Shown piece by piece: positions 1 through 9,241 of a stretch of 32,000 nt of DNA (position 1 is its first letter; each line of letters starts with the position of its first letter). The DNA is taken from positions 60,001-92,000 of the forward strand of contig JBAZYK010000006.1 in NCBI GenBank assembly GCA_041659405.1, read 5' to 3'. Source of the DNA: Candidatus Altimarinota bacterium. GTDB taxonomy: Bacteria; Patescibacteriota; Gracilibacteria; UBA1369. The notes under the pieces were generated by a model that did not search any database, was not told where the DNA came from, and saw only the letters and a list, made by a program, of their open reading frames with translations. Both the position numbers and the translations under genes were made by a program.

Positions 1-2
1 AT

Positions 3-191
3 CGTGTGATCGCCCAGAGCAAAGTATATAAAGTGCTCTTGGCTTCTGTAACTTATTTTAAGGCTGAAGTCGGCGATAAAGTTACGTTGGTTGTTCCGGA
101 ATTGGAAGACAGCGATTGGGGCGCCCTTGAAAATGTTCTCCCAAAAAGTGATGAACTAAGTGATAAAGATTACGACGATTTGGGAATTTAA
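3..191 (+). CDS. C-terminal end of a protein truncated by the left window edge; acidic C-terminus, no recognised family
   Basis: Frame open from the first bases to a stop at 191 (...LENVLPKSDELSDKDYDDLGI*); the track start at 6 is only an in-frame GTG. Confidence 0.45.
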   Translation, partial: RVIAQSKVYKVLLASVTYFKAEVGDKVTLVVPELEDSDWGALENVLPKSDELSDKDYDDLGI

Positions 192-242
192 ATACAGTAA
201 AAAACAAACAACAAGCAAAAAAAAACTAAAAACAACACAAAT

Positions 243-1286
243 ATGGCTCAACTTGATAAAATTTTCAGAACAGCGCTTCAATATAAAGCTTCCGATGTCT
301 ACATTTCCACCGGATCTAAGCCAATTCTGCGCATTAACGGCGATTTGATCCTGATCGATGAACACCCGGTTTTCACCAAGAAAATGGCCGAGGAGTTTCT
401 TTTGGAAATCATGACGGAAGATCAAAAGAAAGCTTTTGCCGCCAGTCTTGATTTGGATTTTTCGGTTGATGTTGAAAACATTGCCCGCTTCCGCGTAAAC
501 ATGTTCGTTCAAAGAAAAGGTATGGCGGGAGTTTTTCGTTTGATTCCGGAAGTAGTTTACAGCCTTGATGAACTTGGCCTACCGGAGCAATTAAAGAGAA
601 TTCCGGGATTTAAAAATGGCTTGGTGATTGTAACCGGACCAACCGGCTCGGGTAAATCGACCACCATGGCCGCAATTTTGAATGAAATTAACATTAGCGA
701 TGCCCAACATATTATTACAATTGAAGATCCAATTGAATTTGTTCACCAAAATAAAAAATCCATTTTTGAACAACGTGAAGTTAAAAGTCACACCAAAAGC
801 TTTGGTAGCGCCTTAAAATCAGCTCTGCGTGAAGATCCGGATGTGGTTTATATTGGTGAAATGCGTGATCTGGAAACAATTGCCCTGGCAATTACCGCAG
901 CAGAAACAGGACAACTCGTTTTAGCAACTTTGCATACAAGCGGTGCCGCCAAATCGGTTGATCGTATTATTGATGCTTTCCCATTTGAACAGCAAAACCA
1001 AGTGCGCGCCCAACTTTCCGAAAGTTTACGCGCCGTAATCTGGCAAAATCTTTTAAAAACCAAGGACGGGAAAGGCCGTATTGCAGCCATGGAAATGATG
1101 TTCAACAACAACGCCATTGCCAACATGATCCGCAAAGCTAAAACTCATCAGATTGATTCAGCGATTGAAACAGGCTTTAAAGAAGGCATGCAAACCATGA
1201 AGAAATCAGTCACGGATTTATTGGAAGCTGATTTAATCAGTGAAGACGAAGCTCTGGCTAGCATTCCAGCGGAGTTGGAGGCTTAA
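243..1286 (+). CDS. pilT: Type IV pilus retraction ATPase PilT
   Basis: Walker A GPTGSGKST, IITIEDPIEFVHQNKKSIFEQREV, ALREDPDVVYIGEMRDLETI, LATLHTSGAAKSVDRIIDAFP motifs typical of PilT. Confidence 0.96.
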   Translation: MAQLDKIFRTALQYKASDVYISTGSKPILRINGDLILIDEHPVFTKKMAEEFLLEIMTEDQKKAFAASLDLDFSVDVENIARFRVNMFVQRKGMAGVFRLIPEVVYSLDELGLPEQLKRIPGFKNGLVIVTGPTGSGKSTTMAAILNEINISDAQHIITIEDPIEFVHQNKKSIFEQREVKSHTKSFGSALKSALREDPDVVYIGEMRDLETIALAITAAETGQLVLATLHTSGAAKSVDRIIDAFPFEQQNQVRAQLSESLRAVIWQNLLKTKDGKGRIAAMEMMFNNNAIANMIRKAKTHQIDSAIETGFKEGMQTMKKSVTDLLEADLISEDEALASIPAELEA

Positions 1287-1357
1287 GCAAGCCAAAGGCT
1301 TGCTCCGCGCCCCGCCTTGGCGGGGCATAGCAACAAAACCGTCCCGCCAAGCGGGAC
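1286..1357. terminator. Three consecutive GC-rich hairpins between convergent genes (bidirectional terminator/structured intergenic region)
   Basis: AGCAAGCC-AAA-GGCTTGCT (1286-1304); CCCCGCC-TT-GGCGGGG (1310-1325); GTCCCGC-CAA-GCGGGAC (1341-1357). Confidence 0.6.
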
Positions 1358-1360
1358 TCC

Positions 1361-2611
1361 TTATCCTTTCTTCAGTAAAAGGTTAAATTTCAAATACTCC
1401 CCTTCCGGAAAATTGATTCGTAGTGGATGATCCGCGGGTTGAGTTTTGCTTTCCAGTAAAACCAAATCGGCATTAGCCTGCATGGCCGCTTTAAAAATTA
1501 TCGTCCTAAAAAGCGCCTGATCCACATGTGAAGAACATGAAGCTGTAGCCAAAATTCCACCGGGTTTTAAAACTTTCAAAGCCATTCTATTTAAGCGGAC
1601 ATAGCCATTAACCGCATTGGGCAGGTTTTCCCGACTTTTCACAAACGCCGGCGGATCCACAATCACCAAATCAAATTGCCGTTTTTCCGCAGAAGCTTTA
1701 TCCAAAAACGCAAAAACATCTTCGGCCACAAATTCATGTTGAGAACCGGAATCAGCACCTGTCCCAGCATTTTTTCCACTTTCATTATCAGCATCTTTGC
1801 CATTTTCAAACTCATTGAGTTTAAAATTTTTCCGGGCCAATTCCAAAGCATGTTTATCAACATCAACACTTATGGTTGAAATCGCTCCTCCAGAAGCAGC
1901 AGCAAGCGAAAATCCTCCACTGTAACTAAAAAGATTCAAAACCGATTTACCTTTAGAACAATCCGCCACCGCCTGCCGATTTTCGCGCTGATCAAGGAAA
2001 AAACCGGTTTTTTGCCCATGTTTCATATCCACAAAAAACTTCAAACCATGTTCCAAAATTTCATACTCATCCGCTGGCTCCACACCTGCCAACAAGCCTG
2101 TAGGTAAGGTTTGAAGCCCATCCTTTCGACGAACCTCAACATCACTGCGTTCATAAATTCCCTTGGGTTTAAAGACCTTTTGCAAAGCTTTAACCACAAT
2201 TTCACGCAGGCGATCCATCCCCAAAGTGTGAATCTGCACCACCAAAAATTCATTATATTTATCAACAATTAAGCCGGGAATCCCGTCACTTTCACTAAAA
2301 ACCAGGCGATACGCATTGGTTTTCCCCGGCAAAAACTTTTCACGCTGTTTTTTTGCCTGAGTAAAAGCATTTTCAAAAAATTTCTGATCAATTTCGATTT
2401 CTTCAGATCCAAAATAAAAAAGTCGCACCGCAATCTGGGAATGACTGTTGTAGTAACCTGTTCCCAAAATATGACCTTCCGAGTTGGTTATACGCACTAA
2501 AGTTCCACTTTCTATTCCCTGAACATGCTCCAAGGCTCTGGAAAAAAGCCAAGGATGTTTGAATTGAAGAGACCTTTCCCGTTCTTTTTTGATGATAATT
2601 CGTGGATACAT
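1361..2611 (-). CDS. Class I SAM-dependent rRNA methyltransferase, PUA domain + methyltransferase (RlmI/RlmO-like)
   Basis: PUA-like N-terminus (RSLQFKHPWLFSRALEHVQG), VLNLFSYSGGFSLAAASGG, DLVIVDPPAFVKSRENL, LATASCSSHVD motifs. The ORF-track N-terminus at 2689 overlaps a tRNA, so the start is moved to Met at 2611. Confidence 0.88.
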   Translation of the reverse strand: MYPRIIIKKERERSLQFKHPWLFSRALEHVQGIESGTLVRITNSEGHILGTGYYNSHSQIAVRLFYFGSEEIEIDQKFFENAFTQAKKQREKFLPGKTNAYRLVFSESDGIPGLIVDKYNEFLVVQIHTLGMDRLREIVVKALQKVFKPKGIYERSDVEVRRKDGLQTLPTGLLAGVEPADEYEILEHGLKFFVDMKHGQKTGFFLDQRENRQAVADCSKGKSVLNLFSYSGGFSLAAASGGAISTISVDVDKHALELARKNFKLNEFENGKDADNESGKNAGTGADSGSQHEFVAEDVFAFLDKASAEKRQFDLVIVDPPAFVKSRENLPNAVNGYVRLNRMALKVLKPGGILATASCSSHVDQALFRTIIFKAAMQANADLVLLESKTQPADHPLRINFPEGEYLKFNLLLKKG

Positions 2612-2644
2612 GGGCATTCGTGAAAATGATAATTTTTTGACTTT

Positions 2645-2721
2645 TGGTGGAGCTGAGGGGACTCGAACCCCTGGCCTCTTCCATGCCATGGAAGCGCTCT
2701 AGCCAACTGAGCTACAGCCCC
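2645..2721 (-). tRNA. tRNA-Ala (anticodon GGC), CCA encoded
   Basis: Minus-strand GGGGCTGTAGCTCAGTTGGCTAGAGCGCTTCCATGGCATGGAAGAGGCCAGGGGTTCGAGTCCCCTCAGCTCCACCA. Acceptor, D, anticodon (CTTCC-ATGGCAT-GGAAG) and T arms all fold. Confidence 0.95.
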
Positions 2722-2788
2722 AAATAAGCCAAAACAGCGCGAAGAATACCAAAAATGGCTTAAATACACAAGATTTGATGCCCTCCCG

Positions 2789-2817
2789 TTGTTTTATAAG
2801 CCAAAAAATGGTATAAT
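2789..2817 (+). promoter_or_regulatory. Promoter of the five-gene small-membrane-protein operon
   Basis: TTGTTT (2789-2794), 17-bp spacer, extended -10 TGGTATAAT (TATAAT 2812-2817), 21 nt before the ATG at 2839. Confidence 0.65.
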
Positions 2818-2838
2818 TTAGGGATTTAAAAAAACAAA

Positions 2839-3348
2839 ATGAAAAAAATAAAAAAGTATCTCATTTTAGGACTCCTTTTAATTCAAATGTTCGGCTCAAT
2901 TCCCGCTGTTTTTGCGGTTGTGAACAATGATGGACCACAGGCACCCGCACAAGGAGATGTCACTCCAACTCCAACTCCCACTCCAGCCACTCCAGCCACT
3001 CCCGCCGCTCCAAACTCCCTTATACAACAAGGCACCAGCAAGGAAAATCAACAATTCAAAGTCACCGATTATCTTAAAGCCAAAGACCAGGGAAGCGCAT
3101 ATTTAGGCAGCAAAGCTCCCATTGCCAGTTTTATCATTCAAATTATAAACTTTTTGGTTTTAACGATTGGCTCTCTCTCTTTTTTGGTAATTTTGATTGG
3201 TGGATTTATGTATCTTGTTTCACATGGCAATGAAACCCTTATAAACAAAGCAAAAGAAGCAATCACTTACGCAATTATGGGATTAGTTATTTCTCTTTCC
3301 GCTTACTTTATTGTCGCATTTGTTCAAAGCATTTTTTATGGACTCTAA
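2839..3348 (+). CDS. Small membrane protein, T4SS pilin/VirB2-TrbC-like (paralog 1)
   Basis: Signal-like N-terminus plus two hydrophobic segments; FLVLTIGSLSFLVILIGGFMYLVSHGNETLINKAKEAITYAIMGLVISLSAYFIVAFV signature shared by the next four genes. Confidence 0.72.
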   Translation: MKKIKKYLILGLLLIQMFGSIPAVFAVVNNDGPQAPAQGDVTPTPTPTPATPATPAAPNSLIQQGTSKENQQFKVTDYLKAKDQGSAYLGSKAPIASFIIQIINFLVLTIGSLSFLVILIGGFMYLVSHGNETLINKAKEAITYAIMGLVISLSAYFIVAFVQSIFYGL

Positions 3349-3952
3349 AAAAACAAAAATTTGGGCCAAAATTCTACTTTCCGGCATGATGATGTCGTTG
3401 ATGCTCAGTTTAAACATAGCCACAACTTCAGCACCTGCTTTTGCCGCTGCCATAGATTGCGATAACCTAAAAAAAGCAGACACAATTAAAGACTACATCA
3501 TCACAATCATGGAAGAAAGAATCAATCCACCGGGCACAAAGAACGCCGGTCAAAAGGGCGTAGAAATAAACACCAATAAAGATGAAGGTGTTTTAAATTG
3601 CTTTAGACAAACCACCCAAACTGATAAAGGACCAACCGAACAATATGTATCAACATGTAAACCAGGCGATAAAACCACCTGCCAACCGGTTCAAGTTATT
3701 TACGCCAAATCCGGAGCCAGCTTAATTTTCACCTACGTTGGCCTAATCTACCGCTGGGCCGCCGGAACAGCGGGCGTAATCACAGTCCTTTACCTGGTAG
3801 TTGCCGGAATCATGATGGCCAGTTCTCAAGGTGACGCCGCCAAATATGAAAAAGCCAAAGAATACATCATGAATTCGATTGCCGGCTTAGTGTTGCTCTT
3901 TTTATCCGCTTTGATTTTATACACAATCAACCCAAACTTTTTCACAATCTAA
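3338..3952 (+). CDS. Small membrane protein, T4SS pilin/VirB2-TrbC-like (paralog 2), Cys-containing extended loop
   Basis: Shared signature GVITVLYLVVAGIMMASSQGDAAKYEKAKEYIMNSIAGLVLLFLSALILYTINP; ATG at 3338 overlaps the upstream gene end. Confidence 0.7.
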   Translation: MDSKKTKIWAKILLSGMMMSLMLSLNIATTSAPAFAAAIDCDNLKKADTIKDYIITIMEERINPPGTKNAGQKGVEINTNKDEGVLNCFRQTTQTDKGPTEQYVSTCKPGDKTTCQPVQVIYAKSGASLIFTYVGLIYRWAAGTAGVITVLYLVVAGIMMASSQGDAAKYEKAKEYIMNSIAGLVLLFLSALILYTINPNFFTI

Positions 3953-4365
3953 TGAAAAAAATCTTTCTCATCATTCTTGGAACATTGTTGATTGGAGCTT
4001 TGCAACTACCCATGATTTTTGCTGCAGCCACAATTTCAACTCCACCAATCAATCCACTTCAGGGTGAGGAAAAATCACCAATCTATCTTCCGGGAAGTGA
4101 TGCCCCAAATCAGGGATCATACATTCAGGGCAACTTTTTACCACGCGTCACCGGCACAATTATTGCCTTTGGCGGAGCACTTTCTTTGGTTTTTGTAATT
4201 ATTGGCGGCATTCAAATACTTACAGCTTATAAAGGCGATGAAGGACTTGGAAAAGCCAAAAAAACCTTAACCTTTGCGCTGGTCGGCTTTGTAATTTCTA
4301 TGCTTTCTTATGCCATCGTCCAGATCATTGTTTCTATCAATTTCACAACCCCACCTGTAAAATGA
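3952..4365 (+). CDS. Small membrane protein, T4SS pilin/VirB2-TrbC-like (paralog 3)
   Basis: ALSLVFVIIGGIQILTAYKGDEGLGKAKKTLTFALVGFVISMLSYAIVQIIVSI; start overlaps the previous stop (TAATG). Confidence 0.72.
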   Translation: MKKIFLIILGTLLIGALQLPMIFAAATISTPPINPLQGEEKSPIYLPGSDAPNQGSYIQGNFLPRVTGTIIAFGGALSLVFVIIGGIQILTAYKGDEGLGKAKKTLTFALVGFVISMLSYAIVQIIVSINFTTPPVK

Positions 4366-4811
4366 TCCAAAAATTTATAAAAAAATCAGTTACACTCTTT
4401 TTGATTGCAGCCACGTTGCAAATGTTATTTGTGAGTGGATCGGTAATTGCTGCAGATCAACCGGCACCTCCTAAAAATAATGCCGGAGTTTCAACCGACC
4501 AATTACTTTACCCTTTCAATTATAAAAACGACACCACATCGGTTTCTTTGGTTAAAAAGCTTCCTTCCGGAACTCCACAAGTTATTATTGCAGGAGTTAT
4601 AAAATTGATTCTTTCAATTTGTGGAGTTTTAGCTTTAGTTTCTTTCACGGTGGCTGGCGTAATGTTTTTAACAGCGGCGGGAGCGGAAGAAAAAATCACC
4701 AAAGCCAAACACATGATCTTGTGGTCGATAGGAGCTTTAGCCATAATCGCGGTTTCATACGCAATCGTAACAGGCGTTTCTCAATTACAATTTTTCACTT
4801 CGGGACAATGA
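4362..4811 (+). CDS. Small membrane protein, T4SS pilin/VirB2-TrbC-like (paralog 4)
   Basis: GVLALVSFTVAGVMFLTAAGAEEKITKAKHMILWSIGALAIIAVSYAIVTGV; ATGA overlap with the previous gene. Confidence 0.72.
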   Translation: MIQKFIKKSVTLFLIAATLQMLFVSGSVIAADQPAPPKNNAGVSTDQLLYPFNYKNDTTSVSLVKKLPSGTPQVIIAGVIKLILSICGVLALVSFTVAGVMFLTAAGAEEKITKAKHMILWSIGALAIIAVSYAIVTGVSQLQFFTSGQ

Positions 4812-5320
4812 AAAAAATCCTCACAATCATCTTTGCGATTATCACTCTGACAAATTTTGGATTAGCCTGGAATTTGAATCAGGCTGTGCATGCCCAAAAC
4901 ACGCAGACAAGCACGCAAAACAACGCTGAGCAAAATGCCACCCAACAAAACACCCAAAGTTTTGGTTCGTATTTGCAGGGTCTGATTTCTTTACCCGACG
5001 AATTGCATCCAAACTTTGCCCCAGATGTTAAAATTGCAACCGGAGCCGATGGTAAAAGTTTGGAAAACACAAAAGGTTACGAAGCCGCATACGCCAACTT
5101 CTTCCTTCAACTTATTGCCGGAGGACTTTTATATTTGGCCGGCCCGGTCGCCATAGCAGTCATCGCCATTGGTGGTGTCCGCTACACCATTTCCCACGGT
5201 AACGAAACCATGCTGGAAGGCGCCAAAAAAACGTTGATGTACGGCGTCATCGGCCTTTTGATCATCATTTTCTCGTACGCCATCGTAAAGGGTATTGTCG
5301 GCGTAGTTGTTGGAATTTAG
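4808..5320 (+). CDS. Small membrane protein, T4SS pilin/VirB2-TrbC-like (paralog 5)
   Basis: GPVAIAVIAIGGVRYTISHGNETMLEGAKKTLMYGVIGLLIIIFSYAIVKGIVGVV; ATGA overlap. The track start at 4619 lies inside the previous gene, so the start is moved to the ATG at 4808. Confidence 0.72.
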   Translation: MKKILTIIFAIITLTNFGLAWNLNQAVHAQNTQTSTQNNAEQNATQQNTQSFGSYLQGLISLPDELHPNFAPDVKIATGADGKSLENTKGYEAAYANFFLQLIAGGLLYLAGPVAIAVIAIGGVRYTISHGNETMLEGAKKTLMYGVIGLLIIIFSYAIVKGIVGVVVGI

Positions 5321-5366
5321 GCCTTCTCGACCGCCAAACCAACACGGTCCGCGCGCGCAATCCGAT

Positions 5367-6935
5367 TTAAGTAATTGGCTTCTCCTCAATCAATCTTGGA
5401 AAAAGTGGTTCAGCTTTGGAAACTTCTTGCCCCACCGGAAGCAATCCCCATTTTCGTGCTGCATCGGTGCGAACTGATTCTGCCGAAATCCCCAAATATT
5501 CCAAAATTTTCCCCGCTGTCATTGGAATAAACGGCAAAAGCAAAAGTCCCAACTGACGGATCATTTCCAGCAAATTATAAATAACTTCTGCCAATTTTAG
5601 TTGATCTTCTTTTGCCAAAACCCAGGGCTTTTGTGATTCCACATATTCATTCGCAAAATACCCAAGCTCAATAGCCTGCTCCAAAGCCGCTTTAAGATCA
5701 AAAGCATTCATGTGTTGATCATATTTTTTCCAAAGATCCTGCAATTTTGAATCAAAAAAATCGTTGGTTGCCGCATTACCGGGAGTTTTTGAAGCATCAG
5801 GAACTTTCCCTTCAAAATATTTTTGATTCATCGCCAAAACACGACTCACCAAATTCCCAAAAGTATTGGCAAGTTCGGACTCATACAAAACCTTAAAACG
5901 CTCCTGGCTAAAGTCACCATCTTCGGTTGTCGGAATTTCCCTCAACACATAATAACGCAAAGCATCCGCGCTATATTGCTTCACCACATCAACCGGATCC
6001 ACCACATTATTCAAAGACTTACTCATTTTTTTGCCCTCGGAAGTTATAAATCCATGCACATAAATATTATGAGGAAGACGAATTCCCGCAGAAAGCAGCA
6101 TTCCAATCCAAATCGCGGAATGAAAACGCAAAATATCTTTTCCAATCAAATGCACATCAGCCGGCCAAAACTTCTTAAAAAGTTCAGCGCCCACAGATCC
6201 CGCATTTTCCTCGTCAGCATAACCAACACCTGTAATATAATTGGAAAGCGCATCACACCAAACATACATCACCTGGCTTGGATCATTCGGAACCTCAATC
6301 CCCCACTCCAAAGCCGCCTTTGGACGGGAAAAGCTGACATCTTTAAGACCTTCCTTCAAAACCGTCAAAATCTCATGCTTGCGGGCAGCAGGAACAATTT
6401 TCAAAACATCATCTTCAATCAATTTACGAATTTGTTCGGAATATTTGGAAAGTTTAAAGAAATAATTTTCTTCCTTTAGCTTTTCCGGAGCCTTGTTGTG
6501 ATTTGGACACATGCCGTTTACCAGATCCTTCTCGGTAATAAAAGACTCACAACCAACACAATAAAGACCTTCATAGCTGCCTTTGTAAAAATCGCCGGCC
6601 TCAAACATTTTCATCCAGATTTTTTGCGCACTTTTAATGTGATCCGCGTCTGTCGTGCGAATAAAACGATCATTGGAAAGATTCAGCAGATCCTTTAAAG
6701 CTCTAAAATGAGCGGAAATTTCATCCGTAAAAGCTTGGGGAGTAAGATTCTTTTCCTTGGCAGCCTGGGCGATTTTCATGCCATGTTCATCAGTACCGGT
6801 TAAATAAAAAACTGGAGTCCCCTGCGCACGATGGAAACGGGCAAGAACATCCGCCTGAATCACCTCCATCGCAAAACCAATATGCGGACGGGCATTCACA
6901 TAAGCAATCGAAGTCGAAATATAAAATTTAGGCAT
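5367..6935 (-). CDS. metG: Methionyl-tRNA synthetase
   Basis: FYISTSIAYVNARPHIGFAMEVIQADVLARFHR, FYLTGTDEHG, KPKAALEWGIEVPNDPSQVMYVWCDALSNY, KMSKSLNNVVDP (KMSKS). Start placed at MPKFYIS (6935). Confidence 0.96.
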   Translation of the reverse strand: MPKFYISTSIAYVNARPHIGFAMEVIQADVLARFHRAQGTPVFYLTGTDEHGMKIAQAAKEKNLTPQAFTDEISAHFRALKDLLNLSNDRFIRTTDADHIKSAQKIWMKMFEAGDFYKGSYEGLYCVGCESFITEKDLVNGMCPNHNKAPEKLKEENYFFKLSKYSEQIRKLIEDDVLKIVPAARKHEILTVLKEGLKDVSFSRPKAALEWGIEVPNDPSQVMYVWCDALSNYITGVGYADEENAGSVGAELFKKFWPADVHLIGKDILRFHSAIWIGMLLSAGIRLPHNIYVHGFITSEGKKMSKSLNNVVDPVDVVKQYSADALRYYVLREIPTTEDGDFSQERFKVLYESELANTFGNLVSRVLAMNQKYFEGKVPDASKTPGNAATNDFFDSKLQDLWKKYDQHMNAFDLKAALEQAIELGYFANEYVESQKPWVLAKEDQLKLAEVIYNLLEMIRQLGLLLLPFIPMTAGKILEYLGISAESVRTDAARKWGLLPVGQEVSKAEPLFPRLIEEKPIT

Positions 6936-7061
6936 TTTTTTAAACGTTAAAGACAAAGGTTTTATAGCACGGAAAAGCAATTTATGCCAAGCCTTCAAAT
7001 CAAATCCAGCCAATTCTTTTTCAGTGGCTTCTTCAAATCAGTAATACCCCTTCCATCTTCT

Positions 7062-8459
7062 TTACGAATTTAAGTTCGGATTCGCTTGAAGCCCTCCAGC
7101 TTTTTTCAAAACATCTGCATTAAGTTTCACATTAGCCGGCGCAAAACTCTGCCCACTTGGCGCACTCGCCGCATTTTTAGAACTATCCGTTCCATACAAA
7201 GAAAAGTTAAACACCGGCAAGAACGAACTCAAGCCAATATTCACATCAATACTTTGCAGATACTGATCATTCAAAGCAAAACCATCAGCTTTAATTGAAG
7301 CGGACTCTCGAACTAAACCTTCGCCTTTTTTAGCAATCACACGATAATAAATATTGGCTACACCGGCTGCAATCTCCTGTTGATCAAACGCAAGCACCGC
7401 CGGATTTACAACATTGGTCAAAACCAAATAATTTTGTGTATGATTTTGAACAAACTCTGAAATTGTGCAACCACCATCCTTCGCATTTTGAACAGCAATT
7501 TTTTCATCCAAAGTATTATTTTTGACCTTACCCTGAAAATTCTGATTATTTGAGTCTGAAAGATAACACTGACGAGCACCACTCCATGGTTTCCAGTCCC
7601 CCGTAACCGGATCAGTCAAAATTGGATACTGACAAATTGTTTTATCATTTGGCTGATCTACAATCTCTTTATTTGTACCAATACAAACCGGATTATCCGG
7701 AGAATTATCTTTAAGAGCAGGATAAAAATCCGAGATTGAATCGGTTGATTTAGAATCAGCCATATCACCAGTTTGAGAATAACCAAAAATCTTCCAACGC
7801 AACACATCTAAACGATCAATGATACCGGGATCCGCATTTAGAACAGAATTATTTTGATCACGCCAAGGAAAATAATATTCAATCATAAAATCTTCCACAT
7901 TTTTCATAGTAACATGCCCATTTGCATCTATCTCTGGCCGTGACAAAGGAATCACAATCGAGCCATTAAGCGGTAAAGCATTATAAGTTGCCGCAGCTGG
8001 AAGATTATTTGGACTCGTTGGCATTGCCCCGGCACTATTTGGGCTCACAATTTTGCCATCGGGACTCAACCAGACCAATTGATCCGGGTCAAAAGAAGGA
8101 ATGCTGTCCGCCTGATTCAGGATTTGATAAGAATAGTGGAAATCCGGATTTGATTTAGGATCAGCCTTAAAATCGACTTTGCCAGGAGTCCCATCTTTGC
8201 CATTTGTTTGATACCCCGGGGCATTTTCATGCAAATCCAGTAACGCATTTTCAATCCCCGCTTCGGCTGAAAAATAAGCTTTGCCTGAAGCCACCAAATC
8301 CTTGGTCTGGCGAATTTCCCGAATAACCAAATCGCTCATCCCCAAAGTCAAAACCATCAACACGCCCATCACCAAAATGGCAACTAAAAGCGCACTACCA
8401 GACTTGGAGCCGGCGCGACTTTCCACTTTCGATCTAATTTTTCGGATAACTTTTTTCAT
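7062..8459 (-). CDS. PilX-like type IV pilus assembly/minor pilin protein
   Basis: N-terminus SGSALLVAILVMGVLMVLTLGMSDLVIREIRQTKDLVASGKAYFSAEAGIENAL (PilX N-terminal pattern); last gene of the pilin cluster. Confidence 0.7.
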   Translation of the reverse strand: MKKVIRKIRSKVESRAGSKSGSALLVAILVMGVLMVLTLGMSDLVIREIRQTKDLVASGKAYFSAEAGIENALLDLHENAPGYQTNGKDGTPGKVDFKADPKSNPDFHYSYQILNQADSIPSFDPDQLVWLSPDGKIVSPNSAGAMPTSPNNLPAAATYNALPLNGSIVIPLSRPEIDANGHVTMKNVEDFMIEYYFPWRDQNNSVLNADPGIIDRLDVLRWKIFGYSQTGDMADSKSTDSISDFYPALKDNSPDNPVCIGTNKEIVDQPNDKTICQYPILTDPVTGDWKPWSGARQCYLSDSNNQNFQGKVKNNTLDEKIAVQNAKDGGCTISEFVQNHTQNYLVLTNVVNPAVLAFDQQEIAAGVANIYYRVIAKKGEGLVRESASIKADGFALNDQYLQSIDVNIGLSSFLPVFNFSLYGTDSSKNAASAPSGQSFAPANVKLNADVLKKAGGLQANPNLNS

Positions 8460-8464
8460 AAATA

Positions 8465-9241
8465 TTATTTGCGACTATAAACTCGTGAAGAAAAACTTGT
8501 TTGTAAATCCAATTTAAATGGCGTCAAACCCTTACCAACATTTTCTGCAGTCAAAAACACATTCACCAGCGGCTGAAACTGATCACCACTTTTATCCACA
8601 TTCAAAGCGGCATAAGGATTTACCGCCGGATTCAAAACAAAACCCAAATTTTTAATTTTCACATCATTAGACAAAAGATTGCGATAACCATCCTGATCAA
8701 CGCCTTCACTCCCATCTCCACCCTGAGGATATGCATCCTCAGCCTGCCATGAGCCACCACTATCATGCTTGTATTTTCTTACTTGAGCAGTATGTAATGC
8801 TAAATTAAAGCGATAAACTGTTAACTCGGTATTTTCTTTATCGATCAAAGCCAGATAATTTTGCTTGAATTGGCCTGTTATATCCGACTTAACATCAGAA
8901 GGACAAGCTTCCAAATTAGCAGACGGATCCGGATTATTATTATTTTGAGGTTGAAGTTCATAACAATCATAAGCCGGCGAACCCAAACGGGCATCCTGCG
9001 CCAAAGTTTCAAAAAATACACGCAATTCCGAATAGATTTTGCGCACGCCGTTGGCTTGTCTTTGCGATCTAATAATACCCACATAGGACTGCGAAACTAT
9101 CCCCAAAAATACAATAAAAATGGACATACTGATCAAAAGTTCGATCAAAGTGAAGCCTTTTCGACTCTGGTTGGAGCTGGAACTATTTTGTTTTTTGCCA
9201 ACTTTTTTCAGCAAATTCATCATAGTGGGCCTCCTTTCCAA
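8465..9241 (-). CDS. Prepilin-type N-terminal methylation domain protein (PilW/PulJ-like)
   Basis: RKGFTLIELLISMSIFIVFLGIVSQSYV class III signal sequence. Confidence 0.85.
   Translation of the reverse strand: MERRPTMMNLLKKVGKKQNSSSSNQSRKGFTLIELLISMSIFIVFLGIVSQSYVGIIRSQRQANGVRKIYSELRVFFETLAQDARLGSPAYDCYELQPQNNNNPDPSANLEACPSDVKSDITGQFKQNYLALIDKENTELTVYRFNLALHTAQVRKYKHDSGGSWQAEDAYPQGGDGSEGVDQDGYRNLLSNDVKIKNLGFVLNPAVNPYAALNVDKSGDQFQPLVNVFLTAENVGKGLTPFKLDLQTSFSSRVYSRK

Noticed and set aside
2612-2689. N-terminal extension of the RlmI-like ORF (MAWKRPGVRVPSAPPKV...)
   Set aside because: This is translation of the tRNA-Ala 3' half, a common annotation artefact.
5823-6479. 218-aa ORF on the plus strand
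   Set aside because: Fully antisense to metG; composition rich in Ile/His/Asn/Arg typical of a shadow ORF.
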